Shown here: one piece after another, positions 53,084 through 64,000 of the stretch
Position numbering within the stretch: the stretch's first letter is position 1
How the letters are laid out: every line of letters starts with the position of its first letter
NCBI GenBank assembly: GCA_963813715.1
Contig: CAWFAK010000017.1
Coordinates: 928,001-992,000, forward strand
Length of the DNA: 64,000 bases
Source: an uncultured Planctomycetaceae bacterium
Lineage (GTDB): Bacteria; Planctomycetota; Planctomycetia; Planctomycetales; Planctomycetaceae
Direction of reading: 5' to 3'
Program-made: the position numbers and the translations under genes
The notes under the pieces: model-generated
The model's database searches: none
Told to the model about the DNA's origin: nothing
The model's input: only the letters and a program-made list of their open reading frames with translations

Positions 53084-53793
53084 CGCGCCAATGTTGCCCA
53101 GTCGATTGAGATCGCCGCACCGTCCGGCCGCGTCGGCGACGATCGGCCGTGCCGGAAAATGCCGAGCACGGGAATCTTCGCCCGTCGCTCAATTTCGACG
53201 GGATTCTCTTCAGTTCCTGCGAGCGACGCAAGCGGCTCTGCTTCGTTGAGCACGATGCCCGCCACCGCGAGCCCACGACTGCGGGCCGCCTCGACCGTCA
53301 GAAGCGAATGATTGATCGTGCCCAGACCCAGCCGGGCTACGATGAGCAGCGGATACTTGAGCGCGAGAGCCAGATCGGCGATCGTGTCGCGCTCGGTCAA
53401 AGGACACAACAGTCCGCCGACTCCCTCGATGAGGAGAATCTCCACTCGGCTCTGCCACCACTCGGCCCCCTCGCGGAGGCGATCAAACTCGATCTGAGAA
53501 TTCTCCAAGCGTGCCGCCACGTTGGGAGCCAGCGGTGCGCGGAATCGCCAGGGGCAAACTCGCTCCGAGTCGAACTGCCCACCGATGGCCGCCGTCAGCG
53601 TTTCCGCGTCAACCCAGCGGGCATTTCCGTCGTTGTCGAATTCAGCACCGCTGCAGACCGGCTTGTATGCCCCCACGAGGCGGCCGGAACTCCTGAGAAT
53701 CGAGGCGATAAGCGCAGTCACATAGGTTTTGCCAACGCCCGTGTCGGTGGCCGTGACAAAGAGGCCGGCGGTCGGACAGGCCGTTTGGGTCAC
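53074..53793 (-). CDS. bioD: Dethiobiotin synthase
   Basis: FVTATDTGVGKT, YKPVCSG, IEGVGG and LGTINHSLLT. Confidence 0.93.
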   Translation of the reverse strand: MTQTACPTAGLFVTATDTGVGKTYVTALIASILRSSGRLVGAYKPVCSGAEFDNDGNARWVDAETLTAAIGGQFDSERVCPWRFRAPLAPNVAARLENSQIEFDRLREGAEWWQSRVEILLIEGVGGLLCPLTERDTIADLALALKYPLLIVARLGLGTINHSLLTVEAARSRGLAVAGIVLNEAEPLASLAGTEENPVEIERRAKIPVLGIFRHGRSSPTRPDGAAISIDWATLARCP

Positions 53794-54605
53794 GAGGACA
53801 GCCCTCGCACCACGACTTTGTCGCCCGACCAAACTGCCAGTATCTCCCCCGCATGGCCGCAGCAGACAGCGATCTCCAACATGCCCGAGCTGCCGATCAC
53901 CGCCAACAGTTCCCCCGTCGCGCGATCCTGGTAGGCCTGTGAAATGCCGCCAATGAGTTGCGTGCCGATCTCGACCGTCAGTCGCGTTCGATCGGCACCG
54001 GACAAATCGGCGGCGCTGATATTGGTGATCAGGTTGCCGAATCCATCGGTTCGCACAACCTCTCCGTGGAGGTTGCTTCCGTCCCGGACGGGGCGAGGCA
54101 ACACCAGCTTGACGAGCGGCGAATCGAGTGGCGGCCCAAACTCGGCAAGATCGGCACCGCGGCTCCAGTGCGCAGCAACCGGTCCAAACACGTCGCGGCC
54201 GTGAAAGGTTTGCGATACGGTCGGACGCCAGAATCGGCGCTCCCTCAGCTCGACGGCACGGACAGTCGGTCGGGCTTCCAGAACGCGAGTCAACACGCCG
54301 TTGTCGGGTGCGACGAAACGCAACGGGGCCTCGTCCTGCTCGCCGCGCGCCTCAACTGCGATCGCGCGCCGCGGGGTGCCGACACCCGGGTCAACGACCA
54401 CGAGATGGATCGTCCCGGCCGGAAAGGCGCCGACCGCATCCGCCAGCACGGCGGCCGCCACGGCACAATCCTGCGGGGGAATTTTGTGGGTCACGTCGAT
54501 CAAGATCGCGTCGGGAGCGATCGACAAGATGGCCCCCTTCATTTGCGCGACATAACTGTCGGTGATGCCGAAATCGGTGGTCAGCGTGATCAGCGGGGAC
54601 GTCAT
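53790..54605 (-). CDS. SAM hydroxide adenosyltransferase / chlorinase-fluorinase family (DUF62)
   Basis: ITLTTDFG, VVVDPGVGT, APDNG, TFHGRDVFGP, DGFGNLITN and GSSGMLEIAV. Confidence 0.92.
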   Translation of the reverse strand: MTSPLITLTTDFGITDSYVAQMKGAILSIAPDAILIDVTHKIPPQDCAVAAAVLADAVGAFPAGTIHLVVVDPGVGTPRRAIAVEARGEQDEAPLRFVAPDNGVLTRVLEARPTVRAVELRERRFWRPTVSQTFHGRDVFGPVAAHWSRGADLAEFGPPLDSPLVKLVLPRPVRDGSNLHGEVVRTDGFGNLITNISAADLSGADRTRLTVEIGTQLIGGISQAYQDRATGELLAVIGSSGMLEIAVCCGHAGEILAVWSGDKVVVRGLSS

Positions 54606-54669
54606 TTGCGAGTTTCGATCGCCCACTCGGCGGGCTCTTGCCGAGGTCGGTGGTGCGTGACGAATCGTT

Positions 54670-54972
54670 TTAGTCGGAAGGAGGAGGCGTCGCACCCGGT
54701 GGCGGGACACCCTTTCCTGCGCGGATGTAGGCCCCGCGGGCCGACGCGTACTCCTGCGACGAGAGTCGATCGGGCTCTGGAGTCGCCCCCGCCTTGCTCC
54801 GGAACTCCTCAAAATAACGCTTGAGGAACGGAACGCACCAGCCGCACCCCGTTCCGGCGCCGCCGCACTCGCTCAGCTGGCTGGGCACGCGCGGCTGATG
54901 GACGCGGAGGTGATTGAGAATTTTGCGTTTGGAGACGTGAAAGCAAAGGCAGAGTTCGTCGTCAGGCTGCAC
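54670..54972 (-). CDS. BFD-like (2Fe-2S)-binding protein
   Basis: CLCFHV...GAGTGCGWC. Confidence 0.85.
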   Translation of the reverse strand: MQPDDELCLCFHVSKRKILNHLRVHQPRVPSQLSECGGAGTGCGWCVPFLKRYFEEFRSKAGATPEPDRLSSQEYASARGAYIRAGKGVPPPGATPPPSD

Positions 54973-54986
54973 AGTTCGTCTTTTCG

Positions 54987-56706
54987 TCAGGGCGAGCCGG
55001 CCCGGCCGGAGACCGGACCCAGGCGGTGCAGTTGGATGGCGTCGGCCTGCACCTGGTAAGTGAGCTTAGCCGGAGCGAGAACCGCCTCGAGAATCGCCGC
55101 CACGGTCGTGTTGTCGAGCGTCAGGCTGACGGGCGTCTGCAGCAAGTCGTCGAGATCGGGAATTTCTTGCCGATCTCCGCGAATCGGCGCTGCCGTCAGC
55201 TCCTCCAATACATTCAAGACCTCGCGCAGCGGCACAGGCTTGATCTGCTCGTAGTGAACCACGCGTTGCGCTAAGGTTGCGGTGAGATCGGGCTTGATGA
55301 CCGGAACGGGAACGGTCGGCTTTTTGCCCGCGGGCTGCGAAGCCGCAACCGGCGGCTGGGGCTTCCCGGGAGGGGGCGCGGGCTTCGCGTCGGCAACATT
55401 CCGCACGGGAGCGGACGGCGTCGGTGGGGTCGGCTTAGCCGCCGCCGCCAAATGTTCGGGCACGGGTGGCTGCGGCGACTGCTCGCCTGGCTCGCCGGGA
55501 ACTTTCGGATCCAAGGGAAGCCCGTCGGCCATGGCGGCCATGCGGCGGAGGATCCGTGGATCGGTCTTGGCGGAGAATTCCTGCACGCTGCCGTCGGCTT
55601 TTAGGACGAGCATGCGATCTGGCGAACCAGTCCCAATGCCGTCCGGGCCATTGATGTACGGCTCGCGAGTGAGCGCTCGCATGGTTGGAGTCCCGGAGGC
55701 GGCCCAGCTTCCCAACTCTCCCGTGACGCCCACAACCATCAGAGTGTTCGATGCTCCGTCGCGAATGTCCTGCATCCGCGTATTGCGGTTGTTGCCAAAG
55801 ATTCCGGCTCGGGGATGATTGATCGGCAGGTCAGCGGCATCCGCGCCGACGCCGCTGACTCCCGCGAAATGCGTGGCGGGGTAGTTTTCCGCACCGGTCA
55901 GCCGATCGACCGAAGGATTGAGGAATTCGGGAATCCGCTGGCGAACGAATCGCTCGTTGTGCGGGCTGCGCCAAGAATCGGTCCAGGACGGAGCGGGGTG
56001 ATCGGGCAGAAGCACCGTCGCCACCAATTCGGCCAGCCAGCTGAGTCGCTCCGGCGGCGGTAAACCATCGCGGCCCGGAGCGGCTGACGGGTAATGGCCC
56101 TTCTTCACGCGATATTCGATGATTCGCTGTCCGAGCGCCATCAAACGACCCGAAACTGTCGGCGAAGCCTCCACTTTGTTCGCGGCGGTTTGGTTTGGCG
56201 TCGCCGTCGGTCCGCACGCGTGCGCCTTCCCTTTATCTCCCGACGCCGTAGCAGGGTCAGCCTTTGCCGCTGATTCAGCGGGCTTCACGTCATCTGCCGC
56301 CGTGTGCCCACCGCGCGGCCAAAAGAAAACGCCGGCAACCAGGATGGCGACCAGGCCAGCGACTGAACCGGTCAGTATCAGGATCGAATTTCGCGAAATG
56401 CCGCTGGTCGAAGCCGGTGATTCGATCGCGTGCACGGTCTCCTCTCGCACGATCGGGGCGGGAGCAGACTTCGTGGCCGGCACGCCGGCCGGCTTACTGG
56501 GAGCGGACGATTTCGAACCCTTAGCCGTCTTCGCAGGCCGGCTTGCGGTGCGGAAGCGTGGTGGCCGTCACGTGCCCGAACTCGTCGCGCGTAATCACGA
56601 TCGGGCGTCGGCAATCGGGGCAGTTGACCGGAGCGGCCGTGATCTGGTCGTCCCGCACCTTGAGATCGGCGGAACAGTGAGGACAGCGAAACGTAATCAC
56701 GGGCAT
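54987..56706 (-). CDS. Zn-ribbon + TM + DUF1559-like domain + STN-like C-terminal domain protein (frameshift near 56545)
   Basis: CPHC..CPDC, TM helix, RLSWLAEL, IRDGASNTLMV, ADGSV, Pro-rich linker and TPVSLTLDNTTVAAILEAVL. Confidence 0.75.
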
Positions 56707-56825
56707 AGTCAGACTCCGCTCCCGCAACGTAGGACGGCCATTTTGCGGCGGAACCGTCGTCCTCAATTGTAGTCATTGGCGATTGGAACCGCACAAGGAA
56801 AGCCGGTGGCCGCCGCCCTTTCAAC

Positions 56826-57501
56826 TCAATTCGGCAAGGCATCGGCGAACTCGGACACCGATTTCGCGAACGCCCGCGCCGCTGCCAGGTTCTGCCCGCC
56901 AACGTCCTGAAGCAGCCGTTGGATCACGGGCGAACGGTCCATCCGATTGCGAAGTCGCGGGAGATCCAGACTGGCAATCACGAGCACCAGCAGGCCGAAA
57001 AACCAGGTTCCAGCACCCAAATGGCGTGCCACAGGCGCAGTAGACATCGACATTCAACAGCCATTTAAAGCCGACGATCGCCAGCGGCGTCCAGGCCAGC
57101 GGCGAGAGGATGAGCATCCACTGCGTCGTGCGAATTCGCTGTAACCACAGAATTTCCAGACGACGCTGAATTTCGACGATCGGGGCGGCGTAATCGATGC
57201 CGGCGATCATCGCCAATTGACGCGCACCCGCAACAATGACCGCAATCAATCCGAGTTGCAGCGCAATTGCCGGAACCAGGTATCGCGGTTCGGTCACATG
57301 ATCGCCGAGGAACGAGCCGACCAGGATCGCGCCGGCCACGTTGACCAAGAGCTCGAACCACAGAAGTCGCGAGAGACGCCTCAGAGCCGTGTCGGCCTTA
57401 CCGAGCAACGACTCTCGCAGCAACCGCTGATTCAATCGCAGGCAATCGTCGAGCTTTTTGTCCTGCTCTTGCCAATGAGACTTAAGTTCATCGAGTTCCA
57501 T
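56826..57501 (-). CDS. Putative membrane anti-sigma factor (frameshifted C-terminus)
   Basis: MELDELKSHWQEQD N-terminus and about 4 TM helices; overlaps the 3' end of the ECF sigma gene. Confidence 0.7.
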
Positions 57502-58030
57502 GACCGACCGCCTCCCCTTCGTCGTCGGCACTCATTTCGCGGAGCTTCTGCTTGATCCGGCCGATTTTGGTGCCGACGTTTGTTTCCGAGATTCCCAGGA
57601 TTTCCGCGATCGTGTCGTGACGATTGCCGTCGAGATACAGGATGACCAAGGCGCGATCGAAGTCATTGAGCTGTCGAATAAAACTCTCGAGCAGTTGCCA
57701 GTCGGCGTCACGCGCCGCCGCTTCGGATTCGCGACTTTGGGGCGAGATCCGCAGAACCGCCTGCTCGTCGAGGGTGGTCGTGCGCGGCCGCCGCGTCTCG
57801 CGTCGATAAAACGAAATGGCGACATTGAGAGCGACGCGATACATCCACGTCGTGAAGCGGCTCCGCGGATCGTACCGGCCGAATGACCGCCACAACTGCA
57901 GCACCATCTCCTGAATCAGGTCCTCGCGATCCGAAGTCTGGCGACAATACGAATTGGCGATTTTGAACAGGATTTTTTTGTGTTCGTCGAGCAGGATAAT
58001 GAACTGGTCTTGGCCCGCTCGTTTCGACAT
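57488..58030 (-). CDS. ECF RNA polymerase sigma factor
   Basis: DREDLIQE, FTTWMYRVALN and region 4 IAEILGISETNVGTKIGRIKQKL. Confidence 0.93.
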   Translation of the reverse strand: MSKRAGQDQFIILLDEHKKILFKIANSYCRQTSDREDLIQEMVLQLWRSFGRYDPRSRFTTWMYRVALNVAISFYRRETRRPRTTTLDEQAVLRISPQSRESEAAARDADWQLLESFIRQLNDFDRALVILYLDGNRHDTIAEILGISETNVGTKIGRIKQKLREMSADDEGEAVGHGTR

Positions 58031-58221
58031 CGCCGCCCGCATCGTCCAAACAGTTGGTTTGACTCAATCCACCTTATGATTCGCCCGGCCCAGACGAAAA
58101 TCACAGCTCGCCCGAAACAATTGCTGAAATGCGGCCGGAAGTTGCAACGGCTTCGACTGTTTAGCGGCCGCCGACGAGCGGAAGTCGGACGTCGGCTACG
58201 ACGAGTGGCGAACGCGCAACC

Positions 58222-59990
58222 TCAGTTGCCGAGAGTCATCGGCGTTTTCTTCTGGGCCGCCGCGGCTTCGGCGGTGGTGACGGTAATCGTGCGACGGGCT
58301 TCGTCACCGACGAGCGCCAACTTCGGGTAAGCCTTCAGAATTCTCTGCAGTGACTGGCTGGCGGGAGCCGCTTTGATTTGAAACGTTTGGGGCATGTTCT
58401 TCGTGTATCCGGCGAGCTTGAATGCGCCGCCGTCGAGCTCGAAGGTCACGCCGATGTCGCCGCCGATGGAATCGAACGCGTCCGAAAGCGGCGTCCGCTT
58501 AAAGTCGACGTCGATGACCGTTTGCAATCGGCCTGCCAGAGTCTTCGGCCCCTCGCGTTTGGGAGCGACGGGAGCGGCCGGTGCACGGCTCAGCTCCGTG
58601 GGGCCTTCGGTGAGCAGCAGGTAAGTTGCCAGCGATGAGATTGGGGGCAGCCCGCTCGGGCAGAACCGATTCCAGCGTCACCAGCCGCGGATCGGAGCTG
58701 ACTGCCGAGCCCAGCGCGACGGCTTTGTACATCGCCGGCAAGCGACCGATGATCTTGCGCGAGCCGGGTCCGCTCGGCTGCAGGCGTTCGACGTATTTGA
58801 ACAAGTCCGTTGGCAAGCGATCGAGTCGTTCTTTCAGTGTCTCCGCCAGTCGCGGGACCGCGGACGACCGGACGCGTCCGCGCCGTCAGCCGGACGCGCA
58901 AAGGATCGTCGAGCCGCACGCTGAAAACGGCTCCTTCGACCGCCTCGGGATCGAGCCAGCTGGCCAATTGGTGCAAGTCGTCCGACCACTGCGGCGACAG
59001 CAACGTCGTGCGGAAACGATCGAGATCGTCGGGACGGAAGACAACGGTGAGATCGCGGCTGCGATCGGTCTGCTTTAGCAATTCTTCGATGCTGGCATCG
59101 GTGGGATTGGGCTGATCGCGAGCTTCCGCCATCTCCTGCGCGAACTCGGCCGGGCCGACGGCGAACGTTTTCTCGTCCCGGACGACCAGAGCCCGGTCGC
59201 CCTTCAGAAAGATGGGTAGCGACCCCTTCGAAGAGGGAGTGCCGCCGAAACGATTTTCGACTTCCGAGCGTCCGGCCGGGCGCTCCAATCGGACCAGAAC
59301 GGCGACGTCGGGAGGCTCGCCCGGTGATCGCAGCGTGAAAGAGAATGCAGCCTCTTCAATTTGGGTCGGCGGGTAGAGGCACCAGTTTTCGATTTGATCG
59401 CGGCCCCATTCAGCCAACGCGGGGATGCAGAGACGCAGCTCACTCGCTCTCCAGGTTGCCGCCTGCTTGTTGCCTCGCTCCGCCGCGTCCGAATTCATCG
59501 TCGTCCACAAGCGTGAGGGTCGCAGATGAATCACAATGCGGGCGCCGGCCGGAGCCAGCAGGAGCTCGATCGGCTTGCGCTGGGACGGCGCTGTCGAGGC
59601 TCGAGACCCTTCGCGAGGGTCGTGGCTGCGCGCAGCCGTGACGTCAGTTGCGTTGGTCCTGTCGAGGCGCCGCTCATAGCGGTCCCAAACAAAGAGAATT
59701 CCGACGCAGGCCAGGGCCGCGACGAAACCGGCCGGACCGAAGAGCCGCAACGGAGTTCGCTTGGCTCGCTTGGGCCGAATTATTGCCGGCGCACTGAGCA
59801 GGTCTTCGGGCGAGAACTTCGTCGGGGACGCGCTGGCCGGCTTTGCCGGCTGGGCCGCCGCCGTTTCTTGCGAGGGTTGCAGGCTGAAGGGCTGACGACA
59901 ATGGGGACAGAGGTAGCGCTGCCCGGCTTGCCGGTTGCGAATGGCGAAGGCTTTCCCGCAGCGCGGGCAGGCGAGCGTGAGGTCAGCCAT
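58222..59990 (-). CDS. Zn-ribbon + TM + periplasmic protein with STN-like C-terminal domain (2-3 frameshifts)
   Basis: CPRC..CPHC and a TM helix; continues in pieces 58499-58816 and 58222-58527 (LQTVIDVDFKRTPLSDAFDSI). Confidence 0.65.
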
Positions 59991-60028
59991 TGTGGAAGGG
60001 TGCCGTCACGCGGAAAGGAGGCAAAGAG

Positions 60029-60937
60029 TCATTTATCGGTGAGCCAGTGAACCATCGTCTTGGTGACGACCGGCGCCGCATCCTGCTGCACGAAATGTCC
60101 GGCATGCGGAATGGTGACCAGGGTGAGCTGATTATCGATCCAGTTCCACGTGTCGTTGAGCGCTCCGGGCAAGAGGGCCGTGTCATTCAACCCGTGAATC
60201 ATCAGGACCGGGCACTTTACCTTGGGAAGACCCGTGAGCGGCTGGTACGGCTCGCGCGGGTAGTTGGCCTTGTAGTAGTTGAGCATCCCTTCCATCGACG
60301 ATCGCTTGAACGCTTCCAGATATTTTGCGCGTGCTTCCGGATCCGTGATCCAGAAGGTCAACATGCCGGGGGCCATGTGCTTGGCCGCGTCGGGTTTCTG
60401 GAAGTTGCGGGCGTATTGGCTGGCCTTCTGCTGAGCGGGATTATGAGCCAGTTCCCGCGACAGCCCCTGCGGGTGCGGCAAATTGAGAATGATCAGACGA
60501 TCGACTTTGTCGGGAAATCGCATGGCGTACGTCCAGGCCACCATACCGCCCCAATCGTGGCCGACGATGATCGCCTTGGGCGCCTTGAAATGCTCGACGA
60601 CCGCGTTCAAATCGCCGACCAGCTTTTCGAGCTTGTAGTTGTCGACCCCCTCGGGCTTGTCGCTGAGGTTGTAGCCGCGCTGGTCGATCGCTACGACTTG
60701 AAAATGCTTGGCCAACTCGGGCATCTGCGCCCGCCACGTGTACCAGAAATCGGGAAATCCGTGGACCAGGATGCAGGGCTCGCCGCTGCCCATCGTGACG
60801 TAGTGAATCTTGACTCCGTTCGAATCGACGTAGCCGTCCTCACCCAATTCCGCGGCAATCATTGGTTGTCTTCCGGCGACCAGGACGATCAGAGCAAGCG
60901 AACCACAGAAAGAAATCAATCGCAGACTGCGAATCAC
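60029..60937 (-). CDS. Alpha/beta hydrolase, epoxide hydrolase-like, with signal peptide
   Basis: [22 protein letters not shown] (Asp nucleophile), NYY and GHFVQQD. Confidence 0.9.
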   Translation of the reverse strand: MIRSLRLISFCGSLALIVLVAGRQPMIAAELGEDGYVDSNGVKIHYVTMGSGEPCILVHGFPDFWYTWRAQMPELAKHFQVVAIDQRGYNLSDKPEGVDNYKLEKLVGDLNAVVEHFKAPKAIIVGHDWGGMVAWTYAMRFPDKVDRLIILNLPHPQGLSRELAHNPAQQKASQYARNFQKPDAAKHMAPGMLTFWITDPEARAKYLEAFKRSSMEGMLNYYKANYPREPYQPLTGLPKVKCPVLMIHGLNDTALLPGALNDTWNWIDNQLTLVTIPHAGHFVQQDAAPVVTKTMVHWLTDK

Positions 60938-61057
60938 GGGGTGTCCTCGAAATTCAATCTTGCCGACGACGCTGTACTCCTGTTGCAGCATAACGCAGAG
61001 CGCGCCGCGAAGCATCTGTCGCGGAATCCCGTCGCTTAAGGCGCTCTCCATTCGCGA

Positions 61058-61576
61058 TTAGCTCGAAGCCTGCCAGTTCGCGCGAGTTTTGGCCAAGACC
61101 TCGGCACTCCGGGCACCCAGGGCGGTCAGACGAAACTCGCGAGTCGTTGCCCCAGTGACTTCGATTTCGATCTGCAGTCGGTCGGCCGGCAAGACCTCGT
61201 TCACGCGGTCGGCCCACTCGATCAGGCAGACTCCCCCGGCGTCGAACATCTCATCGACGCCCAGGTCCAAGAACTCACTGACGGTGCGCAGCCGATACGT
61301 GTCACAGTGAAAAATCGGCAACGGCGCAGCGTATTCCTGGACGAGGACAAAGGTCGGGCTGTTCACCGTGCGCCGATCAACGCCCAGCGTGGTCGCGATC
61401 GATTGCACAAGTCGCGTTTTGCCGGCCCCCAACGGTCCGATCAGCGCGACCACTCCTCCGCCGCCAAGCGCCGCACCCAGCGCGCGACCGAGGCCTTCGG
61501 TGTCGGCCTCGTCGCGTGCCGAAAACAGCCACGGCTCGTCCCGCTGCGTCGACGGACCAGCAACATCCGCGGCCAT
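61058..61576 (-). CDS. tsaE: tRNA threonylcarbamoyladenosine biosynthesis ATPase TsaE
   Basis: GPLGAGKT, SPTFVLVQEY, HCDTYRL and IEWAD. Confidence 0.93.
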   Translation of the reverse strand: MAADVAGPSTQRDEPWLFSARDEADTEGLGRALGAALGGGGVVALIGPLGAGKTRLVQSIATTLGVDRRTVNSPTFVLVQEYAAPLPIFHCDTYRLRTVSEFLDLGVDEMFDAGGVCLIEWADRVNEVLPADRLQIEIEVTGATTREFRLTALGARSAEVLAKTRANWQASS

Positions 61577-61588
61577 ACCGACCAATGC

Positions 61589-62924
61589 TCAAACGGTCTT
61601 GGTGACGCCGGGAATCGCGACGGGATAGCTGCCGTCGGGGAACGGCATCACGCGGGGTTCCGCGTCCCAGGCGAAGCGCTCCGGAGCGAGCAAAATCTCG
61701 GAGTTGAGTGCCGCCTCCCAAGCGACCGGCTTGCCCGAGTAGGTTGCCATCCGGCCCATGATGGCCGTCAACGTGCTGTGCGCGCCGTTTTCGACCTCGT
61801 TGTACGGATGGTTGTCACGAATCGCGGCTCCCATGTCCGCATGCTCGATGCGATAGGGGAAATCACGCCGGCCATGCGGATCGAAACGCCATTCGTGCGA
61901 GCCCGACTTGATCTTGCTGCCGCTGCCGTCGGCGATGTCGAACGTGCCCTTGGTCCCGATCGCGTGCTCGGAGACCGAATTCCAGTTGCTCGGCATTTGG
62001 CGGCACTGGCTGAACATCCGCGCGCCGTCGGCGTATTCGTATTCGACGGCGTGATGATCGAAGATTTCCCCATACTTCTTGTCGGTCCGCACCTGGCGGC
62101 CACCCATTCCCCAGCAGCGGACGGGATGGTCCTTCTTGATCCAGTTGCCGACGTCGAGATTGTGGATGTGCTGCTCGACGATGTGATCCCCGCAGAGCCA
62201 GACGTAGTAGTACCAGTTGCGCAACTGATACTCCATTTCCCCTTTGCACTGTTCGCGGGACTTCCGGGGATCCCAGGGGGTGGTGCCGTTCCAATAAACC
62301 CGCAGCGCGGTGACGTCGCCGATCTCGCCGTTGTGGATCCGCTCGAGCGATTCGAGATACATCGGCTGGTGGTGCCGCTGCAGTCCGACGCCGACCTTCA
62401 AGTTCTTCTGCTTGGCGATTTCGTTGGCGGCGAGCACGCGGCGGATCCCGGGGCCGTCGACGGCGACGGGTTTCTCCATGAAGATGTTCTTGCCCGCTTT
62501 GACCGCCGCCTCGAAGTGATAGGGACGAAAGCCCGGCGGCGTCGCCAAAATCACAAGATCGATGTCACTGCCGAGCACTTTTTCGTAGGCATCGAAGCCG
62601 GAAAATCGATGCGCCTCATCCACGGCGACGCGGCCTGCTTCGGAGCCAAAGGCCGACTGCAGACCGGCCAGTCCCGCTTGGAGACGGTCGTCGAAGATTT
62701 CGCCCACGGCCACCAACTTGGTCGCCGGGTTGGCACGTAAACAGTCGCCGACGGCGCCGCAGCCACGTCCGCCCGCTCCGACCAGGCCCACGCGAACCGT
62801 GTCCTCACCCTTTGCGAAGGCGCGCGGCGAAAGCGCCGCCCAACAAGCCGGCACCGACAGCAACGGTGGTCGACTGCTTCATGAAATCACGGCGCGACGT
62901 GGGTTCATTCTGGGGACGCTGCAT
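61589..62924 (-). CDS. Tat-exported Gfo/Idh/MocA oxidoreductase (frameshift in the signal region near 62850)
   Basis: MQRPQNEPTSRRDFMK Tat motif, VGAGGRG, ATPPGFR, MEKPVAVD and GDHIVEQHIHNLD. Confidence 0.9.
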
Positions 62925-63074
62925 GGCACGACCTTTCGGGTAGGACGATCAGAAAGTGCAGATTTCCTGCGGCGAGCGGCGGATCAACCCGCCGATTCAC
63001 GAGCAACGACTCGGGCAATGAAACAGGCAAAGCCGCTCACTTCGTCTGCGGCCGACCTTGCCCAGGACAGCCCA

Positions 63075-64000
63075 TCACTCTTTTATCAAATCCTTCGGCG
63101 CGGGTTCTAGGTTCAGCCGATCGCGCTCCGCCTGATCGGGAACGCGAAGCGGACGAATCACGCGAAAACCGACGAAGCGGGCGTCGGTGAGGTACCAGAT
63201 GCTCTGCGGAATTTGCGGATCCTGAATTTTCCAATCGGGGATCGAAAACTCGCGGGCCGCACAGCGGGCCTTGGCGGCGTCCTGGTCCCACGATCCACCG
63301 CGAACAATGCGGCCATAGACTTTCTTCGGCGCGGCCAGCGGTTCGAGAATCGGCTGCTGCATCTTCGACAGTTTGCTGTAAAAGTCCGGCTCGTACTGGT
63401 CGAGCACCCACTCGGCGACGTTGCCATGAATGTCGTAAAGGCCCCACGGATTCGGCTTTTTCTTGCCGATTTTGTGGTAGTGCTCGCCCGAATTCTTGTC
63501 GTACCAGGCGTACTCCCCGAGTTTGGCTGGATCGTTCCCGAAGAAATACGCGCGTCTTGCTTCCCGCGCGACAGGCATATTCCCATTCCGCTTCGGTCGG
63601 GAGACGATAAAAGCGACCCGGTCTTTTCACTGAGCCATTTGCAGTACATCTTCGCCGCGAGCTGCGTCATGCAGATGGCCGGAAAGCCGTCATGCCCCAT
63701 GTCGAACGTCATGTCCGTGTAAGGCTTGGTCGGCCGGGTGACCGCATCCGCGACAACGTCGTGCGGACCGGGCTTCTGACGCGTGAGCTTGCGACGCTGA
63801 ATGTCGAGGGCGTAGGTCCACAGATCGTATTCGTCCCAGGTGACTTCACACTTGCCCATCCAAAAGGGCTCGATTTTGACGCCGTGCTGCGGCTCTTCGT
63901 CGGGCTTGTGCCCCTTTTCCCCCGGCGGACTGCCCATCACAAATTGGCCGCCCGGAATCGGCACCATGTCGAAGTCGACGTCCGTCCCGGCAATCTTTTG
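63075..64000 (-). CDS. FGE-sulfatase domain protein lacking the catalytic Cys pair (partial; frameshift near 63553-63625)
   Basis: [49 protein letters not shown] and GFRV. Confidence 0.88.

Noticed and set aside
53790..54605. Fluorinase/chlorinase of a halometabolite cluster
   Set aside because: It has the DUF62 hydrolase-type TFHGRD motif and there are no biosynthetic cluster genes nearby.

Overview
GC-rich, gene-dense bacterial chromosome segment, most likely Planctomycetota (inferred from a DUF1559 protein, a PQQ-like beta-propeller, a sulfatase with FGE enzymes, a planctomycete-style RpoZ and the intergenic repeats). In order: (1) a Tad/Flp pilus operon (cpaE-cpaF-tadB-tadC-tadE, minus strand, runs off the left edge) behind a REC-HD-GYP phosphodiesterase; (2) a ~1.9 kb non-coding stretch holding several kinds of REP-like and short tandem repeats; (3) an M13 peptidase; (4) a convergent FUSC / HlyD-TolC efflux set; (5) a sugar locus with a double glycoside hydrolase plus alpha/beta-hydrolase fusion divergent from SDR, isomerase, rhaT, rhaM and sulfatase; (6) a complete circularly permuted ATP-grasp / alpha-E / Anbu / transglutaminase operon; (7) TlpA, a TPP enzyme, FGE, trpS and a redoxin-cytochrome c-copper monooxygenase-like fusion; (8) a split HTTM/gamma-carboxylase-like operon; (9) housekeeping genes (cobA-hemD, coaB, coaC, rpoZ, gmk, yicC, secG, tpiA, pheA); (10) a Ser/Thr kinase, envelope genes, bioD, DUF62 and BFD; (11) an ECF sigma/anti-sigma pair between two zinc-ribbon membrane proteins; (12) a hydrolase, tsaE, a Tat-exported Gfo/Idh/MocA enzyme and an FGE-like gene. 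About 17 genes, including trpS and gmk, carry frameshifts that are probably sequencing indels. I saw no rRNA, tRNA, CRISPR array or intact transposase. All family calls come from motif recognition by eye; no database searches were run.
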